Assembly (NCBI GenBank): GCA_964016885.1
Contig: OZ024743.1
Span: 214,396,001-214,460,000, forward strand
Reading direction: 5' to 3'
DNA length: 64,000 bases
Origin: Eledone cirrhosa
Taxonomy: Eukaryota
The notes beneath the pieces are model-generated. The model did not search any database. It was given only the letters and a program-made list of their open reading frames with translations, and had not been told where the DNA came from. Numbering within the stretch: the first letter of the stretch is position 1; every line of letters begins with the position of its first letter. Position numbers and translations under genes: made by a program. Shown here in pieces: positions 26,271 to 40,959 of the stretch.

Positions 26271-26294
26271 AATAATAATAATAATAATAATAAT

Positions 26295-29200
26295 ATTTCT
26301 TTATTGGCCACAAGGGCTGACATCAAGAAAAACATTACAGATGGCACAGGACGGTACAGGACTGTACGATGTGGGTTTTGTGCGTGTAAATATTTGTTAT
26401 TATTTATATAAGAAAATAAAGTACCAGTAATGCACTGGGTAATTGCTGGCCTTGTGCCTAAAGTAGAAACAATTATTTATATAAGAAAATATGGTGCTTT
26501 ATTTTATCAACCCCATATGGATGAAAGGCAAAGTTAATCCCGCCATGGTTAACTTTGCCTTTCATCCATATGGGGTCGATAAAATAAAGCACCAGTAATA
26601 CACTGGGATAATTGCTGGCCTTGTGCCAAAAGTAGAAACAATTATTTATATAAGAAAAGAAAAAAAAGGACATAGAAACATATATATATATACAAAAATA
26701 AAAATGAAAATTGAAACAATGAAAATTTCCCCAATAGGGGAGAAACCACCAAGGGTTACTCGTGGCGAAAACCACACAAAAGACCACGGCCACACTGACC
26801 ACCAGGGCAAGCGCTCTCTCTCAAATTTTCCATTTCTCATACTACAGACGTATATTCAGTGTTAAAGGGTTAAATACAGACACATCTCGGACCATTCTCG
26901 CTACATTCATCCACCTTTCAACAAAATTGCTAGAAGAACAGCACTTGCTTCTCCACACTGATTTTCCTCTTCAAGTGAAACTTGAAAAAGTTAATTAGGG
27001 ATTCGCCGAAGAGGAAAGTGTCCGTCTTTAACCTTGTCCACCACACAATCTCTTTCCCCATAGCCACCAGCCAGATGAACACCGCCTGCCCTTCCTCCTC
27101 GAAGGAAGACGGCTTGATCATCTGCACAATGGACTCAGTCGACAATCAGATCAGTCCCACACGCGACAGCAACTGTTCGACATATCTCTACAAGTCAGCA
27201 ATGCTCGGGCACTGAACGAGTGCGTCCAGGACGGTTTCGTCGCTCTGCGCGCATCTCGGAAAGGCTCGGCTGACGGCACTTCCGTGCCTGTAGAGCTTAT
27301 CTCGAACGGGCAGCGCTCCCCGGTAGCACTGCCAGGCCAGGGATTTTTGGAAGTTATCCATAGGCCCTGGGCTGAAAGTTCTCCGGAAGAGAGCAAACAG
27401 CTGATCTTCTTCGACGCCCAGGATATCTCCGAGAATGTCGTCGTTCTTCCCCTCCACTAGTCCTCTATAGAACGCCGAGGTGGATGTTCCACCGATACTG
27501 GTTCCCAGCTAGCAGAGGGCAGTGAGCGCCTGGAGACTTTCCAGTTTCCAAGCGCTATCTCTCGGTCTTTTTCTGCCCCGGGACTGCAGCTCTGTCAAGG
27601 AGACGAGCTGTGGGAAAACGTGCTTGGCGAACGGCGACCACACCTGTTCACCATCAAGGAAGCACCAGAGTTGTCGCAGCCTCAGCGCATGTTTGCGCAT
27701 CATCAGCCATGGCATATCCAGTTCTCCAGGCAACGGGTGTTGACAGCAGATGGATGGTCTGACCATGGGAGCGCGTCCCTTCCACAAAAAGCGGAAGAGG
27801 AAGCCTCCATTTTGGTGAGATTTGGGCTGGAGCAAGGGACAACGGCGAGGCGGTAGCAGATGACGGATGCGATGTACGCATTCGCCACCTCCGCCCGGCC
27901 TTTCAGGGACAGCTTCCTCTCGGCCCATTTCTGGGTGAGGGAGGCCACCCTGCTCGTCACCTCGTTCCAGTTTTTCTCCATCTGGGGGTCCGGTCAGAAC
28001 CAGACCCCCGAGCAATTTACCGGTCCCTCCGTTCAACGCCCCACTACGCTATCGGACGGCATGGACTTGCTCTCAAGGTGCCGAGCTGCAAGCCCACCGA
28101 CTTTTTCTGGTTTATCTATGCTCCTGTCACCGCTTCGTATTCCTTGAGAGCGGTGCCAAGCATCTGGACGTTACTGGTGCTCGACACCACCACGATGACG
28201 TCGTCAGCGTAAGTCGACTCGGATTTCCCGCATCCTAATTCGCGTGGGACGGCCCTCATCGCCCCCAGTTTGTGCAGTAACGGCTCGAGAGCCAATACGT
28301 ACAAGAGCGACGACAGGGGACAACTTGGCGGACTGAGCGCATGATGCTGAACGGCTGCTACAGGTGAACGTTCACCCTCACAACTGAGCAGATGTCGCTG
28401 TACATTGCTGCGATCCAACCCCTGAAAACGGGCCCGAAACCGGCTGCCTCGAGGACCGCCGCCAGGTACCGATGGTCGACCCTATCGAATGTTTTGGATT
28501 GATCCAAGTTGATCAGGGCCACACCCATGCCTGGTTCCTTAACCATCCTCTCTATGATGTAGCGTATGAGATAGAGGTTGTCGTGTATGTATCTGTCCGG
28601 AATGGTGCATGTCTGCGCCTCTCGCACCAGACCCCTGACGACAAGCGCCAACCTCGTTGCTAACACCTTGGCCAAAATCTTGAACTCTGCGTTTAGCAGG
28701 GTTATGGGTCTGAAATTATCGATAACATCCCCCTTGTTCGGGTCTTTTCTCAGCAGCGCCACTGCTGCCCGTCTTACAAAACTGGGAATGCTCCCGTTCT
28801 GCTGCCAGTTGCAGTAGACATCTGCCAAGAGGTCACCGAACAAGTCTGGCATAAATGCATAAAGCTCGTAAGGCAGACCATTCAAACCTGGCGATTTACC
28901 CCTTCTGCAGTTAGCCATCGCTTCCCGTATTTCACCGGCTGTTATTGGCTTTTCGCAATAGTGTACTGCGGTCGTCAAGAGCCAAGGCAGTCCGTCGAGG
29001 CATGCACTGAAGTCCATGCCCCGATCCGGGCCTCCGCCGCTCCCGAACAGTTCAGCAAAGTGTTGCTGAAAAGCTTGACACATCCGCTTGTGTTCGAGCA
29101 TCACGCACGAGTTTTGGTCAGACAAAGACCGAATTGTGGCTTTGTTGCCACGTCGCGCCTCTGCCATCCGGGCCCATTGGACGGCTTTTGTCCCCTCGTG

Positions 29201-29613
29201 TTTCAGAGCATGCGCTGTAGCTCTGACAATGCAGGCCTTCGTGTTTTGCGTTGAAGAATTGGTCGAATGCCAATCTCGCCGCAAGCACGTCGGTTGCGAT
29301 ACCTGTCCTAAACGCCTCTTATAGCTTTCTGACTAGGTCTCCCTCTACTCTATTTTCCTTTATCACTACTCCTTTGCTAAACCTAATCGACTCTACTTTA
29401 ATTGCTTTTTCAGGGCGAACCACCACCTGTTGTTGACGACGGATCCCGTCAACGCCCGCTTAACTAATACGCTAATCCGGTCTCTGTAGGCTTTGCGCGC
29501 CGGGAAAGACGCGTTTAGCTTCCAGTAACCAGGCCCTTGTCTATGAAGTCTGTCTATGTTGATCTTACAGATCACAAATTTGTGGTCTGTGTAGTCGACT
29601 ATTTTAAATTGTG
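26295..29613 (-). mobile_element. 5'-truncated L1/Tx1-type LINE (element C): ORF2 remnant 26870-29613 plus 3'UTR
   Basis: TDH, GYWKLNAS, KSPGLNGLPYELY, NFRPITLLN, LDQSKTFDRVDH, YADDV. It shares the 3' end cccttgtggccaataaag-(TTA)n with A and B. Confidence 0.92.
26401..26658. mobile_element. Two truncated SINE insertions (one with a 5' inversion) in the 3'UTR of element C
   Basis: The SINE tail appears twice. tatttatataagaaaa is present three times (26401, 26474, 26643), and there is a ~45-bp inverted arm at 26492-26593. Confidence 0.8.
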
Positions 29614-30374
29614 TACTAATAATAATTTCATGAACAATTAATAGAATAACAATGAAAAAGTTAAAACGTATAGGGGATAAAAAAGTTAAGTTGTTCACCT
29701 GTCAACAATTAAATGTAAGGTCTAAGCTCGGTCGGTTTTGTTGCAGACAGATTAATGACTGTCTATCTCAGAAATCATGATGTCTAAGAACTTCATATAA
29801 TGTCTGAATAAAAATGAATTCTGTCACAAAAGATTGCCTATAATATATCATGTCTTCGTGTTGTTATATGTAATATTTTTAGAGAGACTGAAACGTAGTA
29901 TCAGGAAATGGATTAATATCACCTGCATCATGACATTTCTCACAAACACAAATTAAGTTACAAAATATTCCTGTAGAAAAAATTACAATCGTAGCACTAC
30001 ATACAAACATTAAGTATGTGATATACGTGTATATCACATACTTATAAATGCTTTTTAATTCATTGCTTACTCCGTCATACATACAAATGACGCAGTAAGC
30101 AATGAATAAAAAAATGCACTGTATAAATCATTTCAACGCTGCAAGTATTCCTGATGATTACTCTGAAAATAATTAAAAGTGAATCAGAGGTATTGCTACG
30201 ATGCGCTATATTTACCTGTGCATTGCAATAGATGCCAGTATACACAAGAACCCACTCTCCACCTAATTTATATATATATCTATATGTATACTTTAAAAAT
30301 ATGTATATTTGTATGAATATATATTTAATATATGCATATATATTTAATATATGCATATATATTTATTAATATAT

Positions 30375-31180
<806 letters not shown>

Positions 31181-31642
31181 TTACATAGCTCTGATATCGA
31201 GTCACTTTAATTATTCCGATTATCGTGTCTCTCATAATCATAGAGCAAAACTAATTAGGGTCGACAACACACAATCTCAAATACATGTGGAAAAACAAAA
31301 TATATATATGTATGTGTATATATGCATGTATATGTATGTATACACATATATTTGTTTACCTCTCATTATTTTATATATATAAAATAAAATAATTGAGTCA
31401 AATATTTAAAATTTGGCTTCGTTTATTAAAGATGTACTGCTATATATATATTTCGGTGACAGCCATCATATGATTCCAGTTCCTCAGAGAAATAACAAAC
31501 CAATCAGGAGCTGGACATATCAGAGTATTGACGGAGTAAAACAGTTTAACAACATGTGTACCTGTCTCTACCACACCAATTCGGACTGCCTGAAGAGATC
31601 ACAGCCAATGATGGCTGTCAACGAAATATATATAGCAGTACA

Positions 31643-32577
31643 TCTATATATATAAAACTGTGGTTGTCTGTCTGTCTATCGATTTTTGGCACACATCTCC
31701 TCTTAGAATCTCTCACGGAATTGCACCGAAATTGCTATACTTGTACATTGAGCCCTAGCGAAGACATCGGAAAAAAAATATTTCAAATTGACTCGCCCTA
31801 TCTGACGAAATCGAATATAATGTATCGATTTTTGAGCGTAAGTTATCAGTTATTTCCCTTTGTTCTGTTTACATTGAGCGTCTTACGTAAAAAATTACGC
31901 TGGCTTTCTCAGCGTTTAAAATGACATTAACAGTTGTCGAGCCAGCAAAATATTGACCTGCAAAATTCATCAGTTCGAACACTAAACTTCCGTTTTGCTT
32001 CATTTCCATTTAAAAGCATTTTAAAACAATATTTTTACTTGAAAACAAGTATATTTAAAGACTACGTAAAACAAGCAAATATTTCGTCGTTAGGCGTGCA
32101 GACAGACAGTCATGCAGATAGACAGTCGTGCAGAGAGGTGATATACGCGTGCAGACAGACAGTCGTGCAGAGAGGTGATATAGGCGTGCAGACAGACAGT
32201 CGTGCAGAGAGGTGATATAGGCGTGCAGACAGACAGTCGTGCAGAGAGGTGATATAGGTGTGCAGACAGACATAACTGATAATTTGGTTACGCTAATGTT
32301 TTTCTCTGCGTTGCAGTGTTTACATTTTCGATCTTTGTTAATAAATAACCAGTGCAGTTTCTATCCCCAGCATCCTCTTTTGTTATAACATTCGGGTTAT
32401 CGTTATGTTTTCTTAACTTCATAAGGCATATTGTTGGTTGAGGGAATATTAATCAAAAACACCACATGCAAGCCTGCACAGTAGACATTACAGTTTTTAA
32501 GCCAAGAAAGAAACTTAATATTGTAACTTTAACACAGCTACTGAGCGACCCCGAGCAACGCCGGGCTTTACTGCTAG
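31643..32577 (+). mobile_element. Non-autonomous Helitron
   Basis: Starts A|TCtatatatataaaa and ends with the hairpin cccgagcaacgccggg followed by CTAG|T. There is no TSD. Confidence 0.8.
32092..32271. repeat. 37-bp minisatellite inside the Helitron
   Basis: aggcgtgcagacagacagtcgtgcagagaggtgatat, ~4.5 copies. Confidence 0.93.
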
Positions 32578-32737
32578 TCTTTAATAAACGTAGCCAAATT
32601 TTAAATATTTGACTTAATTTTTTTATTTTACATATACCGGAGTAACCAAACCAATCTGCGTGCTTCGTCGAGTGCTCCAATCTGCATACTGAGGTGTCGG
32701 TAAACAACCAACATATACTCAACATATATATATATAT

Positions 32738-33053
32738 ATTTTAGAAAATGAGTTTTTTTTTACAAAATGAAAAAAAGCGAGATGTCCTACACGAGTGAAA
32801 ATATAAGGGAAAAAGATGAAATCGAAAATGCAACTGGAGTCTTTTTAAGAATATTTATTTGGTTCCCTTACCGGTTTCGCAGTTCTTCTGCTTTTCAAAA
32901 GTAGAATTGAGATGGAAGGTTTGTGGTTTTTCAAAAAGCCTCTATCTCAATTCTACTTTTGAAAAGCACATGAACTGCGAAACCGGTAAAAGAACCAAAT
33001 AAATATTCTTAAAAAGACTCAAGCTGCATTTTCGATTTCATCTTTTTTCTTTA
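32738..33053. mobile_element. (TA)n-flanked inverted repeat with two minimal U3-A8 hammerheads (minus 32866-32901; plus 32956-32992)
   Basis: The arms ~32803-32915 and 32941-33053 are inverted. Motif UUGAAAA-gcag-aagaa-cugc-GAAA-ccg-GUA. Same family as 55438-56270. Confidence 0.8.
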
Positions 33054-33295
33054 TATATATATATATATTAAAATAACATTAACATTTAAGCAAATAATTG
33101 CTGCTTTCACCCTTCACGAGATCTGCCGAAACTGAAAAGGATGAAAGAAGCGATTCTTTGCTTAAACTTTAATCTGTTGTTTTGATAAATATTTGCTCTA
33201 CGGTTTTTATATATATTTATATATATATTATCCTTATCCAGCCCTCTTTGGAATTTAGTCTTCACATTTATTGTTATTACTATATATATATTTAC

Positions 33296-33327
33296 AAACA
33301 CACACAGATGCACACAAACACACACAC

Positions 33328-33403
<76 letters not shown>

Positions 33404-33478
33404 ACACACGCGCACCCCCCCCACACACACATATATATATATGTCTGTGTGTATGTGTGTGCGTGTGTGTGTGTGTGT
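33296..33478. repeat. (CA)n/(TG)n microsatellite
   Basis: Seen directly in the sequence. Confidence 0.95.
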
Positions 33479-34340
33479 AAATATATAATTTCTTACATGC
33501 TAAGTTGGGACCCCAGACACAGGACAGATTTTAATTGAAACAGTAATAAATTTGCATGGAGCAGAATTTTATAAATTATTTTTAAACGTGTTAACATTAT
33601 CATACCAATCCCGTGACATGAATACGAAACCATTCTCCAGCCGGAGATACACTTTGTATGATATCGACGTAGCACTACATATACCAAGTAGGGCGTTCGC
33701 ATATGGATTTCATGTCACCAAAAACTGTCCATAGACCCCCATACATTTTCCGACTAGGAAGGGGTAGCAAAACTGTTTGGTGTAGGAACAATCGACTGAT
33801 ATTTGCAGACGACATGTACCTACGTATTTAGTCTGATGTTGATCTCCGACATGCACCGGATAGTTTGCTGACGAATGCTGTATGACAGAAATTAAAATTA
33901 TTGCTGCAATGACGGAGACATACCTACTCTGCGGAACGCTCTTTGTCTAAAATTTGAATTGCACTGAGGCAGGTGATGAAATTCACGTATACCTGGGTTA
34001 TTTTCACGAGGGATGGACAGAAGCAAGCTAAATTAAATGCAAGTATTTCTGATGTTGATTCAATAGTAATCCAGCCTCAAAAACCAAGTGTATAATCCAA
34101 ACTTCTTCTCTTCAATATGGTATTCGTGTCTATCCTCATTTATTATCAAATATCTTCGGTAATGACCGTAAGAATACGATCGTGAATAGACGCAACAAAA
34201 CTGAGGTTCCACCGAATGATATTTAGTGTAAGGTTAATTGATAGGGTGAGTAGCTCGGAGATCAACGATTGGTTCCAGTTAGAGATCGAATTTCTGGTAC
34301 TACGGTCACTTGGTTAAAATGCCTAATTGGAGAATCGCTG

Positions 34341-34440
34341 GAAGAAGAAGAAGAAGAAGAAGAAGAAGAAGAAGAAGAAGAAGAAGAAGAAGAAGAAGAA
34401 GAAGAAGAAGAAGAAGAAGAAGAAGAAGAAGAAGAAGAAG
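34341..34440. repeat. (GAA)n microsatellite, ~33 units
   Basis: Seen directly in the sequence. Confidence 0.97.
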
Positions 34441-34647
34441 GAGTTCTCGCCATATGTTTGTCTGTACTCTAGTCAAACGCCCTTCAAAAGCTACTAATAA
34501 ATTCGATTTTCAAATTTATATCGATTTTACCTTAAATAGTACGACTTTATATATATTCAGTATTTGCAACCACTTTTTATAATATATGTATATGTCATGC
34601 TATATCTAAATAATAGATGACATGTATTCCATTATTTCGCTTTTATA

Positions 34648-34829
34648 CCTAGGGCGGTGGATTGGTAGTATTGGTAGAGGGTTGGGCGCAATGCTTTGAA
34701 GCATAGAGTTACCTCCCTTTATGATCTGAGTTCAAATCCTGCCGAGGTTAACTTTGCCTTTCATCCTTACAGGGTCTATAAAATAAATACACTGGGATAA
34801 TTGCTGGCCTGGTGCCAAAAGTAGAAACA
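34648..34829 (+). mobile_element. Full-length tRNA-derived SINE with a 17-bp TSD
   Basis: TSD attatttcgcttttata at 34631-34647 and 34830-34846. B-box gagttcaaatcc. Confidence 0.9.
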
Positions 34830-36429
34830 ATTATTTCGCTTTTATATTGATCTCAGAAAAATGAATCAATATATACCATGTATAATATTTTATATGTGCT
34901 TTATTGAAAAGTAATTAGTGATGCAGGATACATGAAATTTTATAATGTAAAAGTTCTTCGAGTATATTAAGCTAGGAATATTGCTTCAGTTTGCTGAGTT
35001 GCACACATCTCTATGCTCTTTATGATACAAATGTGGTTGAAACTATTTTCATGGACGAGAACAGTTGACAGTAGAGTGTTTACGTATACAAGAAATAAAA
35101 TTTACCAAAGAGGAAACGAGAAATCAGAAGTCAACTCTATAGGATTGTGTAATGCAATTTGAATGGCCAGGCTTGATTTTCACGCAAACAAATAATATAT
35201 CAACTCCCTTCTTAAATTTAAGGGAGACAAATTGTTTCATTGAATTGGTCTCTCATAATATAATTGCAATCGATGACAACGAAGCTCAAATTCTGTTGTA
35301 TTTGTTGTACCCAGGACATTGAAAATCAAATCAAATCTTGCAATGCGAATCCAACATTCTATTATATAGAATTTGCGAGCAATTGTACCGCAGGCTTGAA
35401 ATTATTGTAATGATATTTATAGATAAACTGACATCAAAATCTGCACAGAAAAACATATAAGTGCTGTAGAGAAAATATAGATATACGTATACGAACGTAA
35501 TGTCCGAATATAATTATCTCGTCTGAGAAATAAACTTTTATAAAAACTCGTATCTACTCACACTTCCCAGCTAGATCAATGTCGCAAGCCACCTACAGCA
35601 AAATATATATGTACCCTTATTTTGGATATATATATTTCTATCGAGGTTGTATTGTTTTTGAATTTATTTTTAAAACCAACACGCTGTCCTCGTCAATCAA
35701 TACACCTACGTCTACTTTCATATATAATGTAGAAAGTGGGTTTGTGTGATTATATATATATATATATATATATAGGAGGGTGTATGTCTCTGATTGATTG
35801 TGTGCGTGTGTTCATTGGAAATTTGGAAATACTATTAATATGTACTGTGTTTACATTGAAGAAATTCGTAGTTATAAGATTTCACTTGTGACAAATCTGC
35901 AGAAATCTAACATTTATACTTTGACGGAAGCCAGATGCAATTTATATCGACAAACTTCTTCAATTCAGCAGATATTGCGGAATTAGTAATTTTCCAAGAA
36001 GTTGTATTATTCATTATGTTGAGATATCCTACGTGGTTTTTCTATACTGGTAATGTCAATATACAGTGTGTCCAGATGCTGATGTATGTTTTTGAAATCA
36101 GACAATATTCTTATAGCAAATTGATGTTTTTTTAAAATCATATTGTTAAGTCTATATTAAGAACTATATTAATAATATCAATTATAATAGTAATGATAAC
36201 AAAAACAATATTTTTTTAGGATGAGGCAACTACCAGAAAAGGCATTATTTTCGACCCGTTCCTGGGAACAATGCTTCATGAATATTTGAACCAAATAACA
36301 TAGGAAGTATCTTTTTTGGTTAAGACTGAGCGGCCAGGGTTAATAAGTTGTATGGTGGAACAGGTTTAAAGAAATGAAGACAGACACTTTTCTCTTCAGG
36401 CAATCCCTCATCAATGTTTTCAAATTTTA

Positions 36430-36820
36430 CTTGAAAATAAGATGAGGGTGGGGAGAGAAGTGCCGCCCCATCCCCCTAGTACATTTGCTGAAAGGTGGGT
36501 GAATGTGGTGAGAATGGCCCATGTAAGGGGGCCTGCTCTGATCATGTGCCTGTAGGCTTGTGAATTTGAGAAGGAGAGAGGTGCCTTTCCCGGGTGCCAT
36601 TGACGCGTCGGGTGGTTCAGGATTGGTGGGGTAACTGAGTCACCCCTAGGTGGTTATCCCCACCCCTATTGGGGAATTTTCATTGTTGTACTTTTCTTGT
36701 TTATTGTTATTTTTTCCTACGGTTTACTTGATTTTTTTTGTAAAAGCTCCACTGTCCCCGTCTATGTTGGCCCTTGTGGCCAATAAATGAAACTATTATT
36801 ATTATCATCATTATCATTAA
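36430..36820 (+). mobile_element. 3'UTR fragment of the Tx1/L1 family (B-like) with a (TAT)n tail
   Basis: gagaggtgcctttcccgggtgc...ctaggtggttatcccc...gcccttgtggccaataaatgaaactattattatt matches the reverse complement of 17966-18230. The 5' limit is approximate. Confidence 0.8.
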
Positions 36821-39800
36821 TGTTAATATTGTTATCAGATATACCTAATTTCACTAAAAAAAAACATCAATTTTAGCGGGGAACCATTTTATGCGACGTT
36901 AGTTTATCGTATGAAGGGCAATAATGTTTTGATTATACGGTTAAATGAAGAGAGAATGACATCAATGAATGTAGTGACGACCGATGGAATAATGCTTGAA
37001 TACTTCTAGTACGTCATTACTTTAAACATAAACGCTTCTTCACTCATAACTTCAGTCACAAATTAACTTTTTGAATTACGCGTCAATGGTCAGGGATGAT
37101 GAGCCAGCATAGTTAGCACACGTACAATTAATAGAGAAACTGGCGTCATAATATTTGGAAAACAGACGTCAATAAAATTCTAAGCACTGCATTTAAAAGG
37201 CTATGTATTAAAAAATGACAGGTTTAACATTGAATCGTTGAAATAAAAAAGTGATATATCCAATGTGGAATTATACGCTGTTGTTATAATGGAATAAATC
37301 AACCAAATCACCCTCAAATTATATCGACACTGTTTTAAAAAGTAAGATCAGATACGATAATGATGTATGTATTCCATATAACGTCTGGAAATCACCCAGA
37401 AATGTCTCCACGTGGTAGGTCAATGTGCTGCAATAGGAACAAAATTTAACTGAAACCCTCCCAACCAGATGAGATGTCCATATTGGGCAATATTATTCTT
37501 GTCATACAAAAATAGATTTCGACCAAGATTTAAATGGTTTTGTGCATATCAATAATAGCTCACCGCAGTATAAACCACAAACGAAAACGTGTAAAATTGA
37601 AATGTCAGCCACGTTAATGTGTTAGTCTCAAAAGAATTCACATCATTCTACCTGCTAAAATTCCCCCCCTAATAACGATGATGAGATTCTAGAAACGGTG
37701 TCTCTGTAAAGGAAGGTAACAAGTGGAATGTATTTTGATCAAAGATTTGCTTCATCAGACATCTCTTGGGGTAATCGAAACAATTCTTCATTACTGAAAT
37801 GAAACAGCAGTGACTATTTCTACTCACTGAAATTGGTCAGGAAAGCGATTCGTTCAAAATAATAGTTGTGTCTAAACTTTTCTAAAATTTACAATTAAAG
37901 CCATCCGTAAATGATGCCAAGACCTTTCTCGTGAGAAATGATTGATGGAAATTAGAAGATCCACTAGCTGAAACGACTTTATCTTCGTAAGTGATATCAA
38001 TGCCAATAAGTTATGCAGCATGCTATTATCTGGTATGTGCTAAACATGAATTATATCCAAATACCTAGAGTAATAAATAATTATAATATGAATATTCGTA
38101 TTTACAGTCTGTTTCGATTGATTTTTCCAAACATAGATCATCATTCACTGCATTATACGTATGAGTGGCATTTGATTCGAGTTGATCTATCGTTACATTT
38201 TTAATTAATTATTTCAAAATATATTGATTAAAAGTTACAGTTTAGAAATACAGACCTCTTGTTTAAAACACGGTGCATGTATACGTGTAAGAATCATATC
38301 TTAAGCACCACTCTAAATACATGAGAAGAACGAACGGAAAGCTATTATTTCTCGTATCTCTTAAATACCACATGTTTCAAATCGTGATATTAACAGAACC
38401 AAATAACGAATTTAACAATAAATTAGAGTAAAGCAAATGACAAATAATTAATCGCATTTTTTCGAAATATGCATGCATATTTCAGGTTAAACGATCGAAA
38501 TGACCACGAATGAGTATAATTAGTTGAGTAGCCTTCGCCAACCATTTACTGATATATTAAGCAGTATAAATATGGCACTCACTAATATTAACTCCACGTA
38601 TTCTTATGAGAGAAACTGATGTGTTGATTTGAAAATTTATTAAATAGTGAAACACGTTTAAGCGCATGTAGTTGCTTTCAGATTCCAACATAATTGGCAA
38701 TCTCGTTGCAGTTGGTATACAATTGCATGTTACCTGTTTTAATTCTATTAAGTTTCCAACTTAATTGTTTTAAATATAATGCAGATTGGCATAAGCTATC
38801 CTGTTTAATTTCATCACGAATATTTAATTATATATACTGATATCAACATTCGTATTCGTTTATCCAGCCTATTTACAATGCGCAACTTTAATATATTATA
38901 CATATTAAAATCAAAACAGACTAGATATTCATTAGCATACGCATCACACGTTTAGACAGAGAAAATATAATTATTTTAAAACAAACAAACATGAAATTGT
39001 AAATATTTACTTTTCTAATTGCAGACAAGAATATAATTGCAGGTCAGTGCTTTTAGTACATTAGGCGTAGGTAATCTCTGATCAATTTTATGGTTTATTA
39101 AAATGCATGACAAAACGAATTATATTTGATCTGCGACTGCGTTATCCAATCTTGTCTCTTCGTATTTGTATCCATCGTGTTTAATTAAAAGGGAATATAG
39201 CCTTTATATAAATTATTGCTGTTTGTTTTCTTTAAAAAAAATATTGCATAAAATTAACGAACTTCTATTAATACTTGCATCCTTAAATATCAATATAAAG
39301 GGATATAAATCTTATGAAAAAATATGGCACTAATGTTAATGAATGTTTCAATGTAAAAGAAGATTCCTCATTAGAACCAACATATTTTTATAGAATACTG
39401 GAAGTACACCTAGATTAAGTATTGTGGAATTTGATACTAACCACAGAGTGCAATAATCATTAGTTGCTACATCATTTATATGCAAAGCAAAATTCATTCA
39501 AAACAATATTTTAAGCTTCTACCAACGGGAACTAGAGCTGACTTATATGAAATAATTTTCCGGGTAAACATAGTAATTTATCATATCTCGAAATGATAAT
39601 TTGACATGATAAAATTAATAGTAATGTAGGTAGAGGTGTTGGTGTATATTGAATGATGTCCAGGTTTTGCAACTATGTTTGAATATCTATGTGCGTATGT
39701 GTGGGTGTGTGTGTATGTGTGCGGGTATGTGTGCATCTGTGTGTGTGCGTGTGTGTGCGTGTGTGTGCGGGTGTGTGGGTGTGCGTATGTTTCTGTGTAA

Positions 39801-40959
39801 TGCATGCACATAGAGATACTTAGAAAAATATTTATATACTATTATCCTTGAGAAAGGCATATGCTGCTAAATGCCAAAATATCTAATGTGTTTTGCAGTT
39901 TATCACAACAATATGTTCACTTCAAATATATATTAAAAAATAATAAATCTGAATCGTAACACAAATAAAGATCTTATATATATGTGTTTTATTTTTGCTT
40001 AGCGCTATGGCATATAATATAAGGACAGTAACAATTAGTGAAGCTGCTTCTGAGTGGCATACTATGATCGGGTGGACCAAAATATTCTATGAAAATTATA
40101 TTATAATACATGAACTTAGGTTACAGCGTGTTAGCTTATAGAAGTAAAATATTTGTAATACCTATCCTAAAGAAGAAAACAAAGGAGAAAATAATAGGTG
40201 TTGGCAGTTATAGATGTTTGCAGTGGATTATTGAGCCTTGATTTAACAAAGTGGCGATTACTATTAGTTCGGTAGTGCATAAAGATTTATGGATATATAG
40301 CGCCTGTAGCGTATGATATAGTCAAGTGTATAGTGCCAATGCACTTACAATGTCTATATGTTGTTATTGGTACTAACAAAGGAAATATGAGTCAAAACTA
40401 AACAAAAAAAACTGTAAAACAATCAAATATTTTTCTCTCATTAAGTAGTAATCTGATAATAATTAATCAATAATATATTAATGTCAATATAGTGTTTCTA
40501 TGTACATTTCGAAGTAATTAGTCGCAAATTATTGAAACTAATATTAATGAAGATATGAGGGATGTTGTGAAGGCACGAGTATAAATGATTTTTAAAGATT
40601 CATGAGTCGGAGTGTGGTCTGCGAGTTTAATTACGACAATCGCCATATTTTCTCGTACAATAGTTTCCTTTTTTGTAATTAATAGATATATTCTGTGTGT
40701 TGACGCAGTGTTATTAGTACATTGTATCATGACAATGAAAGGAAAGAAAACAAAGACCTTTAACTTAAGTGGTTCGCATTTATTAATTGTAGAGGGGATT
40801 GCATACATTAACAAATTTGATTAGTCGTTAAACATTGTGACTGTCTGCCGTGGTGCATGTATGTTTAAGCCCCTAATTTCTGCTGGAGTCGTAGGGGTGC
40901 CATATTAATATACGGCATTTCAAGGACATTTGCTAAACCTGTCAGAGCCTATCTCCTCT

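Noticed and set aside
13131-29324. Plus-strand ORFs antisense to the Tx1 ORFs (e.g. 13131-13622, 18946-19299, 21983-22585)
   Set aside because: They are antisense shadows of GC-rich or low-complexity coding sequence, with no motifs of their own.
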